The notes beneath the pieces were generated by a model. It ran no database searches and was not told the origin of the DNA. It saw only the letters and a program-made list of their open reading frames with translations. From Eledone cirrhosa (taxonomy: Eukaryota), in assembly GCA_964016885.1 (NCBI GenBank), contig OZ024747.1, positions 42,718,001 to 42,782,000 of the forward strand: a stretch of 64,000 bases of DNA, given 5' to 3'. Shown in pieces: positions 41,901 to 56,900 of the stretch (within the stretch, counting starts at the first letter, position 1; the number at the start of each line of letters is the position of its first letter). The position numbers were made by a program, and so were the translations under genes.

Positions 41901-44900
41901 TGTGACAATAGTAACTGTCATGATGTGACAATAGTAACTTATGATGTGACAATAGTAATTGTCATGATGTGACAATAGTAACTGTCATGATGTGACAATA
42001 GTAACTGTCATGATGTGACAATAGTAACTGTCATGATGTGACAATAGTAACTGTCATGATGTGACAATCGTAACTGTCATGATGTGACAATAGTAACTGT
42101 CATGATGTGACAATAGTAAATGTTATGATGTGACAATAGTAACTGTCATGATGTGACAATAGTAACTATCATGATGTGACAATAGTAACTGTCATGATGT
42201 GACAATAGAAACTGTCATGATGTGACAATAGTAACTGTCATGATGTGACAATAGTAACTGTCATGATGTGACAATAGTAACTGTCATGATGTGACAATAG
42301 TAACTGTTATGTGACAATAGTAACTGTCATGATGTGACAATAGTAACTGTCAGGATGTGACAATAGTAACTGTCATGATGTGACAATAGTAAATGTCATG
42401 ATGTGACAATAGTAAATGTCATGATGTGACAATAGTAAATGTCATGATGTGACAATAGTAACTGTTATGATGTAACAATAGTAACTGTCATGATGTGACA
42501 ATAGTAACTGTCATGATGTGACAATAGTAACTGTCATGATGTGACAATAGTAACTGTCATGATGTGACAATAGTAACTGTCATGATGTGACAATAGTAAC
42601 TGTCATGATGTGACAATAGTAACTGTTATGATGTGACAATAGTAACTGTCATGATGTGACAATAGTATCTGTCATGATGTGACAATAGTAACTGTCATGA
42701 TGTGACAATAGTAACTGTCATGATGTGACAATAGTAACTGTCATGACGTGACAATAGTAACTGTCATGATGTGACAATAGTAACTGTCATGATGTGACAA
42801 TAGTAACTGTCATGATGTGACAATAGTAACTGTCATGATGTGACAATAGTAAATGTTATGATGTGACAATGGTAACTGTCATGATGTGACAATAGTAACT
42901 GTCATGATGTGACAATAGTAACTGTTATGATGTGACAATAGTAACTGTTATGATGTGACAATAGTAACTGTCATGATGTGACAATAGTAACTGTCATGAT
43001 GTGACAATAGTAACTGTCATGATGTGACAATAGTAACTGTCATGATGTGACAAGAGTAACTGTCATGATGTGACAATAGTAACTGTCATGATGTGACAAT
43101 AGTAACTGTCATGATGTGAAAATAGTAAATGTCATGATGTGACAATAGTAACTGTCATGATGTGACAATAGTAACTGTCATGATGTGACAATAGTAACTG
43201 TCATGATGTGACAATAGTAACTGTTATGATGTGACAATAGTAACTGTTATGATGTGACAATCGTAACTGTCATGATTTGACAATAGTAACTGTCATGATG
43301 TGACAATAGTAACTGTTATGATGTGACAATAGTAACTGTCATGATGTGACAATAGTAACTGTCATGATGTGACAATAGTAACTGTCATGATGTGACAATG
43401 GTAAATGTTATGATGTGACAATAGTAACTGTCATGATGTGACAATAGTAACTGTTATGATGTGACAATAGTAACAGTCATGATGTGACAATAACTGTTAT
43501 GATGTGACAATAGTAACTGTCATGATGTGACAATAGTAAGTGTCATGATGTGACAATAGTAACTATCATGATGTGACAATAGTAACTATCATGATGTGAC
43601 AATAGTAACTGTCATGATGTGACAATAGTAACTGTCATGATGTGACAATAGTAACTGTCATGATGTGACAATAGTAAATGTCATGATGTGACAATAGTAA
43701 CTGTCATGATGTGACAATAGTAACTGTCAGGATGTGACAATGGTAAATGATATGATGTGACAATAGTAACTGTCATGATGTGACAATAGTAACTGTCATG
43801 ATGTGACAATAGTAACTGTCATGATGTGACAATAGTAACTGTTATAATGTGACAATAGTAACTGTCATGATGTGACAATAGTATCTGTCATGATGTGACA
43901 ATAGTAAATGTCATGATGTGACAATAGTAACTGTTATGATGTGACAATAGTAACTGTTATGCTGTGACAATAGTAACTGTTATGATGTGACAATAGTAAC
44001 TGTCATGATGTGACAATAGTAACTGTCATGATGTGACAATAGTAACTGTCATGATGTGACAATAGTAACTGTCATGATGTGACAATAGTAACTGTTATGA
44101 TGTGACAATAGTAAATGTCATGATGTGACAATAGTAACTGTTATGATGTGACAATAGTAACTGTCATGATGTGACAATAGTAACTGTCATGATGTGACAA
44201 TAGTAAGTGTCATGATGTGAAAATAGTAACTGTCATGATGTGACAATAGTAACTGTCATGATGTGACAATAGTATCTGTCATGATGTGACAATAGTAAAT
44301 GTCATGATGTGACAATAGTAACTGTCATGATGTGACAATAGTAACTTATGATGTGACAATAGTAATTGTCATGATGTGACAATAGTAACTGTCATGATGT
44401 GACAATAGTAACTGTCATGATGTGACAATAGTAACTGTCATGATGTGACAATAGTAACTGTCATGATGTGACAATCGTAACTGTCATGATGTGACAATAG
44501 TAAATGTTATGATGTGACAATAGTAACTGTCATGATGTGACAATAGTAACTATCATGATGTGACAATAGTAACTGTCATGATGTGACAATAGTAACTGTC
44601 ATGATGTGACAATAGTAACTGTCATGATGTGACAATAGTATCTGTCATGATGTGACAATAGTAACTGTCATGATGTGACAATAGTAACTGTCATGATGTG
44701 ACAATAGTAACTGTCATGATGTGACAATAGTAACTGTCATGATGTGACAATAGTAACTGTCATGATGTGACAATAGTAACTGTCATGATGTGACAATAGT
44801 AACTGTCATGATGTGACAATAGTAAATGTTATGATGTGACAATAGTAACTGTCATGATGTGACAATAGTAACTGTCATGATGTGACAATAGTAACTGTCA

Positions 44901-47900
44901 TGATGTGACAATAGTAACTGTCATGATGTGACAATGGTAAATGTTATGATGTGACAATAGTAACTGTCATGATGTGACAATAGTAACTGTTATGATGTGA
45001 CAATAGTAACTGTCATGATGTGACAATAACTGTTATGATGTGACAATAGTAACTGTCATGATGTGACAATAGTAACTGTCATGATGTGACAATAGTAACT
45101 GTCATGATGTGACAATAGTAACTGTCATGATGTGACAATAGTAACTGTCATGATGTGACAATAGTAACTGTCATGATGTGACAATAGTAACTATCATGAT
45201 GTGACAATAGTAACTGTCATGATGTGACAATAGTAACTGTCATGATGTGACAATAGTAACTGTCATGATGTGACAATAGTAACTGTCATGATGTGACAAT
45301 AGTAAATGTCATGATGTGACAATAGTAACTGTCATGATGTGACAATAGTAACTGTCATGATGTGACAATGGTAAATGATATGATGTGACAATAGTAACTG
45401 TCATGATGTGACAATAGTAACTGTCATGATGTGACAATAGTAACTGTCATGATGTGACAATAGTAACTATCATGATGTGACAATAGTAAATGTTATGATG
45501 TGACAATAGTAAATGTTATGATGTGACAATAGTAACGGTCATGATGTGACAATAGTAACTGTCATGATGTGACAATAGTAACTGTTATGATGTGACAATA
45601 GTAACTGTCATGATGTGACAATAGTAACTGTTATGATGTGACAATAGTAACTGTCATGATGTGACAATAGTAACTGTCATGATGTGACAATAGTAACTGT
45701 CATGATGTGACAATAGTAAATGTCATGATGTGACAATAGTAACTGTCATGATGTAACAATAGTAAATGTCATGATGTGACAATAGTAACTGTCATGATGT
45801 AACAATAGTAAATGTCATGATGTGACAATAGTAACTGTCATGATGTGACAATAGTAACTGTCATGATGTGACAATAGTAACTGTCATGATGTGACAATAG
45901 TAACTGTCATGATGTGACAATAGTAACTGTCATGATGTGACAATAGTAACTGTTATGATGTGACAATAGTAACTGTCATGATGTGACAATAGTAACTGTT
46001 ATGATGTGACAATAGTAACTGTCATGATGTGACAATAGTAACTGTCATGATGTGACAATAGTAACTGTTAATATGTGACAATAGTAACTGTTATAATGTG
46101 ACAATAGTAACTGTCATGATGTGACAATAGTATCTGTACTGATGTGACAATAGTAACTGTTATTATGTGACAATAGTAACTGTCATGATGTGACAATAGT
46201 AACTGTCATGATGTGACAATAGTAACTGTCATGATGTGACAATAGTAACTGTCATGATGTGACAATAGTAACTGTCATGATGTGACAATAGTAACTGTCA
46301 TGATGTGACAATAGTAACTGTTATGATGTGACAATAGTAAATGTCATGATGTGACAATAGTAACTGTTATGATTTGACAATAGTAACTGTCATGATGTGA
46401 CAATAGTAACTGTCATGATGTGACAATAGTAAGTGTCATGATGTGACAATAGTAACTGTCATGATGTGACAATAGTATCTGTCATGATGTGACAATAGTA
46501 AATGTCATGATGTGACAATAGTAACTGTCATGATGTGACAATAGTAACTTATGATGTGACAATAGTAATTGTCATGATGTGACAATAGTAACTGTCATGA
46601 TGTGACAATAGTAACTGTCATGATGTGACAATAGTAACTGTCATGATGTGACAATAGTAACTGTCATGATGTGACAATCGTAACTGTCATGATGTGACAA
46701 TAGTAACTGTCATGATGTGACAATAGTAAATGTTATGATGTGACAATAGTAACTGTCATGATGTGACAATAGTAACTATCATGATGTGACAATAGTAACT
46801 GTCATGATGTGACAATAGAAACTGTCATGATGTGACAATAGTAACTGTCATGATGTGACAATAGTAACTGTCATGATGTGACAATAGTAACTGTCATGAT
46901 GTGACAATAGTAACTGTTATGTGACAATAGTAACTGTCATGATGTGACAATAGTAACTGTCATGATGTGACAATAGTAACTGTCATGATGTGACAATAGT
47001 AAATGTCATGATGTGACAATAGTAAATGTCATGATGTGATAATAGTAAATGTCATGATGTGACAATAGTAACTGTTATGATGTAACAATAGTAACTGTCA
47101 TGATGTGACAATAGTAACTGTCATGATGTGACAATAGTAACTGTCATGATGTGACAATAGTAACTGTCATGATGTGACAATAGTAACTGTCATGATGTGA
47201 CAATAGTAACTGTCATGATGTGACAATAGTAACTGTTATGATGTGACAATAGTAACTGTCATGATGTGACAATAGTATCTGTCATGATGTGACAATAGTA
47301 ACTGTCATGATGTGACAATAGTAACTGTCATGATGTGACAATAGTAACTGTCATGACGTGACAATAGTAACTGTCATGATGTGACAATAGTAACTGTCAT
47401 GATGTGACAATAGTAACTGTCATGATGTGACAATAGTAACTGTCATGATGTGACAATAGTAAATGTTATGATGTGACAATGGTAACTGTCATGATGTGAC
47501 AATAGTAACTGTCATGATGTGACAATAGTAACTGTTATGATGTGACAATAGTAACTGTTATGATGTGACAATAGTAACTGTCATGATGTGACAATAGTAA
47601 CTGTCATGATGTGACAATAGTAACTGTCATGATCTGACAATAGTAACTGTCATGATGTGACAAGAGTAACTGTCATGATGTGACAATAGTAACTGTCATG
47701 ATGTGACAATAGTAACTGTCATGATGTGAAAATAGTAAATGTCATGATGTGACAATAGTAACTGTCATGATGTGACAATAGTAACTGTCATGATGTGACA
47801 ATAGTAACTGTCATGATGTGACAATAGTAACTGTTATGATGTGACAATAGTAACTGTTATGATGTGACAATCGTAACTGTCATGATTTGACAATAGTAAC

Positions 47901-50900
47901 TGTCATGATGTGACAATAGTAACTGTTATGATGTGACAATAGTAACTGTCATGATGTGACAATAGTAACTGTCATGATGTGACAATAGTAACTGTCATGA
48001 TGTGACAATGGTAAATGTTATGATGTGACAATAGTAACTGTCATGATGTGACAATAGTAACTGTTATGATGTGACAATAGTAACTGTCATGATGTGACAA
48101 TAACTGTTATGATGTGACAATAGTAACTGTCATGATGTGACAATAGTAAGTGTCATGATGTGACAATAGTAACTATCATGATGTGACAATAGTAACTATC
48201 ATGATGTGACAATAGTAACTGTCATGATGTGACAATAGTAACTGTCATGATGTGACAATAGTAACTGTCATGATGTGACAATAGTAAATGTCATGATGTG
48301 ACAATAGTAACTGTCATGATGTGACAATAGTAACTGTCAGGATGTGACAATGGTAAATGATATGATGTGACAATAGTAACTGTCATGATGTGACAATAGT
48401 AACTGTCATGATGTGACAATAGTAACTGTCATGATGTGACAATAGTAACTGTTATAATGTGACAATAGTAACTGTCATGATGTGACAATAGTATCTGTCA
48501 TGATGTGACAATAGTAAATGTCATGATGTGACAATAGTAACTGTTATGATGTGACAATAGTAACTGTTATGCTGTGACAATAGTAACTGTTATGATGTGA
48601 CAATAGTAACTGTCATGATGTGACAATAGTAACTGTCATGATGTGACAATAGTAACTGTCATGATGTGACAATAGTAACTGTCATGATGTGACAATAGTA
48701 ACTGTTATGATGTGACAATAGTAAATGTCATGATGTGACAATAGTAACTGTTATGATGTGACAATAGTAACTGTCATGATGTGACAATAGTAACTGTCAT
48801 GATGTGACAATAGTAAGTGTCATGATGTGAAAATAGTAACTGTCATGATGTGACAATAGTAACTGTCATGATGTGACAATAGTATCTGTCATGATGTGAC
48901 AATAGTAAATGTCATGATGTGACAATAGTAACTGTCATGATGTGACAATAGTAACTTATGATGTGACAATAGTAATTGTCATGATGTGACAATAGTAACT
49001 GTCATGATGTGACAATAGTAACTGTCATGATGTGACAATAGTAACTGTCATGATGTGACAATAGTAACTGTCATGATGTGACAATAGTAAATGTTATGAT
49101 GTGACAATAGTAACTGTCATGATGTGACAATAGTAACTGTTATGATGTGACAATAGTAACTGTTATGATGTGACAATAGTAACTGTCATGATGTGACAAT
49201 AGTAACTGTCATGATGTGACAATAGTATCTGTCATGATGTGACAATAGTAACTGTCATGATGTGACAATAGTAACTGTCATGATGTGACAATAGTAACTG
49301 TCATGATGTGACAATAGTAACTGTCATGATGTGACAATAGTAACTGTCATGATGTGACAATAGTAACTGTCATGATGTGACAATAGTAACTGTCATGATG
49401 TGACAATAGTAACTGTCATGATGTGACAATAGTAAATGTTATGATGTGACAATAGTAACTGTCATGATGTGACAATAGTAACTGTCATGATGTGACAATA
49501 GTAACTGTTATGATGTGACAATAGTAACTGTCATGATGTGACAATAGTAACTGTCATGATGTGACAATAGTAACTGTCATGATGTGACAATAGTAACTGT
49601 CATGATGTGACAATAGTAACTGTCATGATGTGACAATAGTAAGTGTCATGATGTGACAATAGTAACTGTCATGATGTGACAATAGTAAATGTCATGATGT
49701 GACAATAGTAACTGTCATGATGTGACAATAGTAACTGTCATGATGTGACAATAGTAACTGTCATGATGTGACAATAGTAACTGTTATGATGTGACAATAG
49801 TAACTGTTATGATGTGACAATCGTAACTGTCATGATTTGACAATAGTAACTGTCATGATGTGACAATAGTAACTGTCATGATGTGACAATAGTAACTGTC
49901 ATGATGTGACAATGGTAAATGTTATGATGTGACAATAGTAACTGTCATGATGTGACAATAGTAACTGTTATGATGTGACAATAGTAACTGTCATGATGTG
50001 ACAATAACTGTTATGATGTGACAATAGTAACTGTCATGATGTGACAATAGTAACTGTCATGATGTGACAATAGTAACTGTCATGATGTGACAATAGTAAC
50101 TGTCATGATGTGACAATAGTAACTGTCATGATGTGACAATAGTAACTGTCATGATGTGACAATAGTAACTATCATGATGTGACAATAGTAACTGTCATGA
50201 TGTGACAATAGTAACTGTCATGATGTGACAATAGTAACTGTCATGATGTGACAATAGTAACTGTCATGATGTGACAATAGTAACTGTCATGATGTGACAA
50301 TAGTAAATGTCATGATGTGACAATAGTAACTGTCATGATGTGACAATAGTAACTGTCATGATGTGACAATGGTAAATGATATGATGTGACAATAGTAACT
50401 GTCATGATGTGACAATAGTAACTGTCATGATGTGACAATAGTAACTGTCATGATGTGACAATAGTAACTATCATGATGTGACAATAGTAAATGTTATGAT
50501 GTGACAATAGTAAATGTTATGATGTGACAATAGTAACGGTCATGATGTGACAATAGTAACTGTCATGATGTGACAATAGTAACTGTTATGATGTGACAAT
50601 AGTAACTGTCATGATGTGACAATAGTAACTGTTATGATGTGACAATAGTAACTGTCATGATGTGACAATAGTAACTGTCATGATGTGACAATAGTAACTG
50701 TCATGATGTGACAATAGTAAATGTCATGATGTGACAATAGTAACTGTCATGATGTAACAATAGTAAATGTCATGATGTGACAATAGTAACTGTCATGATG
50801 TAACAATAGTAAATGTCATGATGTGACAATAGTAACTGTTATGATGTGACAATAGTAACTGTCATGATGTGACAATAGTAACTGTCATGATGTGACAATA

Positions 50901-53900
50901 GTAACTGTCATGATGTAACAATAGTAAATGTCATGATGTAACAATAATAAATGTTATGATGTAACAATAGTAACTGTCATGATGTGACAATAGTAACTGT
51001 CATGATGTAACAATAGTAAATGTCATGATGTGACAGTAGTAACTGTCATGATGTGACAATAGTAACTGTTATGATGTGACAATAGTAACTGTCATGATGT
51101 GACAATAGTAACTGTCATGATGTGACAATAGTAACTGTCATGATGTGACAATAGTAACTGTCATGATTTGACAATAGTAACTGTTATGATGTGACAATAG
51201 TAACTGTCATGATGTGACAATAGTAACTGTTATGATGTGACAATAGTAACTGTTATGATGTGACAATAGTAACTGTCATGATGTGACAATAGTAACTGTC
51301 ATGATGTGACAATAGTGACTGTCATGATGTGACAATAGTAACAGTCATGATGTGACAATAGTAACTGTCATGATGTGACAATAGTAACTGTCATGATGTG
51401 ACAATAGTAACTGTCATGATGTGACAATAGTAACTGTTATGAGGTGACAATAGTAAATGCCATGATGTGACAATAGTAACTGTCATGATGTAACAATAGT
51501 AAATGTCATGATGTAACAATAATAAATGTTATGATGTAACAATAGTAACTGTCATGATGTGACAATAGTAACTGTTATGATGTGACAATAGTAACTGTCA
51601 TGATGTGACAATAGTAACTGTCATGATGTGACAATAGTAACTGTCATGATGTGACAATAGTAACTGTCATGATGTGACAATAGTAACTGTTATGATGTGA
51701 CAATAGTAACTGTCATGATGTGACAATAGTAACTGTTATGATGTGACAATAGTAACTGTTATGATGTGACAATAGTAACTGTCATGATGTGACAATAGTA
51801 ACTGTCATGATGTGACAATAGTGACTGTCATGATGTGACAATAGTAACAGTCATGATGTGACAATAGTAACTGTCATGATGTGACAATAGTAACTGTCAT
51901 GATGTGACAATAGTAACTGTCATGATGTGACAATAGTAACTGTTATGAGGTGACAATAGTAAATGCCATGATGTGACAATAGTAACTGTCATGATGTGAC
52001 AATAGTAACTGTCATGATGTGACAATAGTAACTGTTATGATGTGACAATAGTAACTGTTATGATGTGACAATCGTAACTGTCATGATGTGACAATAGTAA
52101 CTGTCATGATGTGACAATAGTAACTGTCATGATGTGACAATAGTAACTGTCATGATGTGACAATGGTAAATGTTATGATGTGACAATAGTAACTGTCATG
52201 ATGTGACAATAGTAACTGTTATGATGTGACAATAGTAACTGTCATGATGTGACAATAACTGTTATGATGTGACAATAGTAACTGTCATGATGTGACAATA
52301 GTAACTGTCATGATGTGACAATAGTAACTGTCATGATGTGACAATAGTAACTGTCATGATGTGACAATAGTAACTGTCATGATGTGACAATAGTAACTGT
52401 CATGATGTGACAATAGTAACTATCATGATGTGACAATAGTAACTGTCATGATGTGACAATAGTAACTGTCATGATGTGACAATAGTAACTGTCATGATGT
52501 GACAATAGTAAATGTCATGATGTGACAATAGTAACTGTCATGATGTGACAATAGTAACTGTCATGATGTGACAATGGTAAATGATATGATGTGACAATAG
52601 TAACTGTCATGATGTGACAATAGTAACTGTCATGATGTGACAATAGTAACTGTCATGATGTGACAATAGTAACTATCATGATGTGACAATAGTAAATGTT
52701 ATGATGTGACAATAGTAAATGTTATGATGAGACAATAGTAACGGTCATGATGTGACAATAGTAACTGTCATGATGTGACAATAGTAACTGTTATGATGTG
52801 ACAATAGTAACTGTCATGATGTGACAATAGTAACTGTTATGATGTGACAATAGTAACTGTCATGATGTGACAATAGTAACTGTCATGATGTGACAATAGT
52901 AACTGTCATGATGTAACAATAGTAAATGTCATGATGTAACAATAATAAATGTTATGATGTAACAATAGTAACTGTCATGATGTGACAATAGTAACTGTCA
53001 TGATGTAACAATAGTAAATGTCATGATGTGACAGTAGTAACTGTCATGATGTGACAATAGTAACTGTTATGATGTGACAATAGTAACTGTCATGATGTGA
53101 CAATAGTAACTGTCATGATGTGACAATAGTAACTGTCATGATGTGACAATAGTAACTGTCATGATGTGACAATAGTAACTGTTATGATGTGACAATAGTA
53201 ACTGTCATGATGTGACAATAGTAACTGTTATGATGTGACAATAGTAACTGTTATGATGTGACAATAGTAACTGTCATGATTTGACAATAGTAACTGTCAT
53301 GATGTGACAATAGTGACTGTCATGATGTGACAATAGTAACAGTCATGATGTGACAATAGTAACTGTCATGATGTGACAATAGTAACTGTCATGATGTGAC
53401 AATAGTAACTGTCATGATGTGACAATAGTAACTGTCATGATGTGACAATAGTAACTATTATGAGGTGACAATAGTAAATGCCATGATGTGACAATAGTAA
53501 CTGTCATGATGTGACAATAGTAACTGTCATGATGTGACAATAGTAACTGTCATGATGTGACAATAGTAACTGTCATGATGTGACAATAGTAACTGTCATG
53601 ATGTGACAATAGTAACTGTCATGATGTGACAATAGTAACTATCATGATGTGACAATAGTAAATGTTATGATGTGACAATAGTAAATGTTATGATGTGACA
53701 ATAGTAACGGTCAATGATGTGACAATAGTAACTGTCATGATGTGACAATAGTAACTGTTATGATGTGACAATAGTAACTGTCATGATGTGACAATAGTAA
53801 CTGTTATGATGTGACAATAGTAACTGTCATGATGTGACAATAGTAACTGTCATGATGTGACAATAGTAACTGTCATGATGTGACAATAGTAACTGTCATG

Positions 53901-56900
53901 ATGTGACAATAGTAACTGTCATGATGTAACAATAGTAAATGTCATGATGTGACAATAGTAACTGTTATGATGTGACAACAGTAACTGTCATGATGTGACA
54001 ATAGTAACTGTTATGATGGGACAATAGTAACTGTCATGATGTGACAATAGTAACTGTCATGATGTGACAATAGTAACTGTCATGATGTAACAATAGTAAC
54101 TGTCATGATGTGACAATAGTAAATGTCATGATGTAACAATAGTAACTGTCATGATGTGACAATAGTAACTATCATGATGTGACAATAGTAACTGTCATGA
54201 TGTGACAATAGTAACTGTCATGATGTGACAATAGTAACTGTCATGATGTGACAATAGTAAATGTCATGATGTGACAATAGTAACTGTCATGATGTGACAA
54301 TAGTAACTGTCATGATGTGACAATGGTAAATGATATGATGTGACAATAGTAACTGTCATGATGTGACAATAGTAACTGTCATGATGTGACAATAGTAACT
54401 GTCATGATGTGACAATAGTAACTATCATGATGTGACAATAGTAAATGTTATGATGTGACAATAGTAAATGTTATGATGAGACAATAGTAACGGTCATGAT
54501 GTGACAATAGTAACTGTCATGATGTGACAATAGTAACTGTTATGATGTGACAATAGTAACTGTCATGATGTGACAATAGTAACTGTTATGATGTGACAAT
54601 AGTAACTGTCATGATGTGACAATAGTAACTGTCATGATGTGACAATAGTAACTGTCATGATGTAACAATAGTAAATGTCATGATGTAACAATAATAAATG
54701 TTATGATGTAACAATAGTAACTGTCATGATGTGACAATAGTAACTGTCATGATGTAACAATAGTAAATGTCATGATGTGACAGTAGTAACTGTCATGATG
54801 TGACAATAGTAACTGTTATGATGTGACAATAGTAACTGTCATGATGTGACAATAGTAACTGTCATGATGTGACAATAGTAACTGTCATGATGTGACAATA
54901 GTAACTGTCATGATGTGACAATAGTAACTGTTATGATGTGACAATAGTAACTGTCATGATGTGACAATAGTAACTGTTATGATGTGACAATAGTAACTGT
55001 TATGATGTGACAATAGTAACTGTCATGATGTGACAATAGTAACTGTCATGATGTGACAATAGTGACTGTCATGATGTGACAATAGTAACAGTCATGATGT
55101 GACAATAGTAACTGTCATGATGTGACAATAGTAACTGTCATGATGTGACAATAGTAACTGTCATGATGTGACAATAGTAACTGTCATGATGTGACAATAG
55201 TAACTATTATGAGGTGACAATAGTAAATGCCATGATGTGACAATAGTAACTGTCATGATGTGACAATAGTAACTGTCATGATGTGACAATAGTAACTGTC
55301 ATGATGTGACAATAGTAACTGTCATGATGTGACAATAGTAACTGTCATGATGTGACAATAGTAACTGTCATGATGTGACAATAGTAACTATCATGATGTG
55401 ACAATAGTAACTGTTATGATTTGACAATAGTAACTGTCATGATGTGACAATAGTAACTGTCATGATGTGACAATAGTAAGTGTCATGATGTGACAATAGT
55501 AACTGTCATGATGTGACAATAGTATCTGTCATGATGTGACAATAGTAAATGTCATGATGTGACAATAGTAACTGTCATGATGTGACAATAGTAACTTATG
55601 ATGTGACAATAGTAATTGTCATGATGTGACAATAGTAACTGTCATGATGTGACAATAGTAACTGTCATGATGTGACAATAGTAACTGTCATGATGTGACA
55701 ATAGTAACTGTCATGATGTGACAATCGTAACTGTCATGATGTGACAATAGTAACTGTCATGATGTGACAATAGTAAATGTTATGATGTGACAATAGTAAC
55801 TGTCATGATGTGACAATAGTAACTATCATGATGTGACAATAGTAACTGTCATGATGTGACAATAGAAACTGTCATGATGTGACAATAGTAACTGTCATGA
55901 TGTGACAATAGTAACTGTCATGATGTGACAATAGTAACTGTCATGATGTGACAATAGTAACTGTTATGTGACAATAGTAACTGTCATGATGTGACAATAG
56001 TAACTGTCATGATGTGACAATAGTAACTGTCATGATGTGACAATAGTAAATGTCATGATGTGACAATAGTAAATGTCATGATGTGATAATAGTAAATGTC
56101 ATGATGTGACAATAGTAACTGTTATGATGTAACAATAGTAACTGTCATGATGTGACAATAGTAACTGTCATGATGTGACAATAGTAACTGTCATGATGTG
56201 ACAATAGTAACTGTCATGATGTGACAATAGTAACTGTCATGATGTGACAATAGTAACTGTCATGATGTGACAATAGTAACTGTTATGATGTGACAATAGT
56301 AACTGTCATGATGTGACAATAGTATCTGTCATGATGTGACAATAGTAACTGTCATGATGTGACAATAGTAACTGTCATGATGTGACAATAGTAACTGTCA
56401 TGACGTGACAATAGTAACTGTCATGATGTGACAATAGTAACTGTCATGATGTGACAATAGTAACTGTCATGATGTGACAATAGTAACTGTCATGATGTGA
56501 CAATAGTAAATGTTATGATGTGACAATGGTAACTGTCATGATGTGACAATAGTAACTGTCATGATGTGACAATAGTAACTGTTATGATGTGACAATAGTA
56601 ACTGTTATGATGTGACAATAGTAACTGTCATGATGTGACAATAGTAACTGTCATGATGTGACAATAGTAACTGTCATGATCTGACAATAGTAACTGTCAT
56701 GATGTGACAAGAGTAACTGTCATGATGTGACAATAGTAACTGTCATGATGTGACAATAGTAACTGTCATGATGTGAAAATAGTAAATGTCATGATGTGAC
56801 AATAGTAACTGTCATGATGTGACAATAGTAACTGTCATGATGTGACAATAGTAACTGTCATGATGTGACAATAGTAACTGTTATGATGTGACAATAGTAA

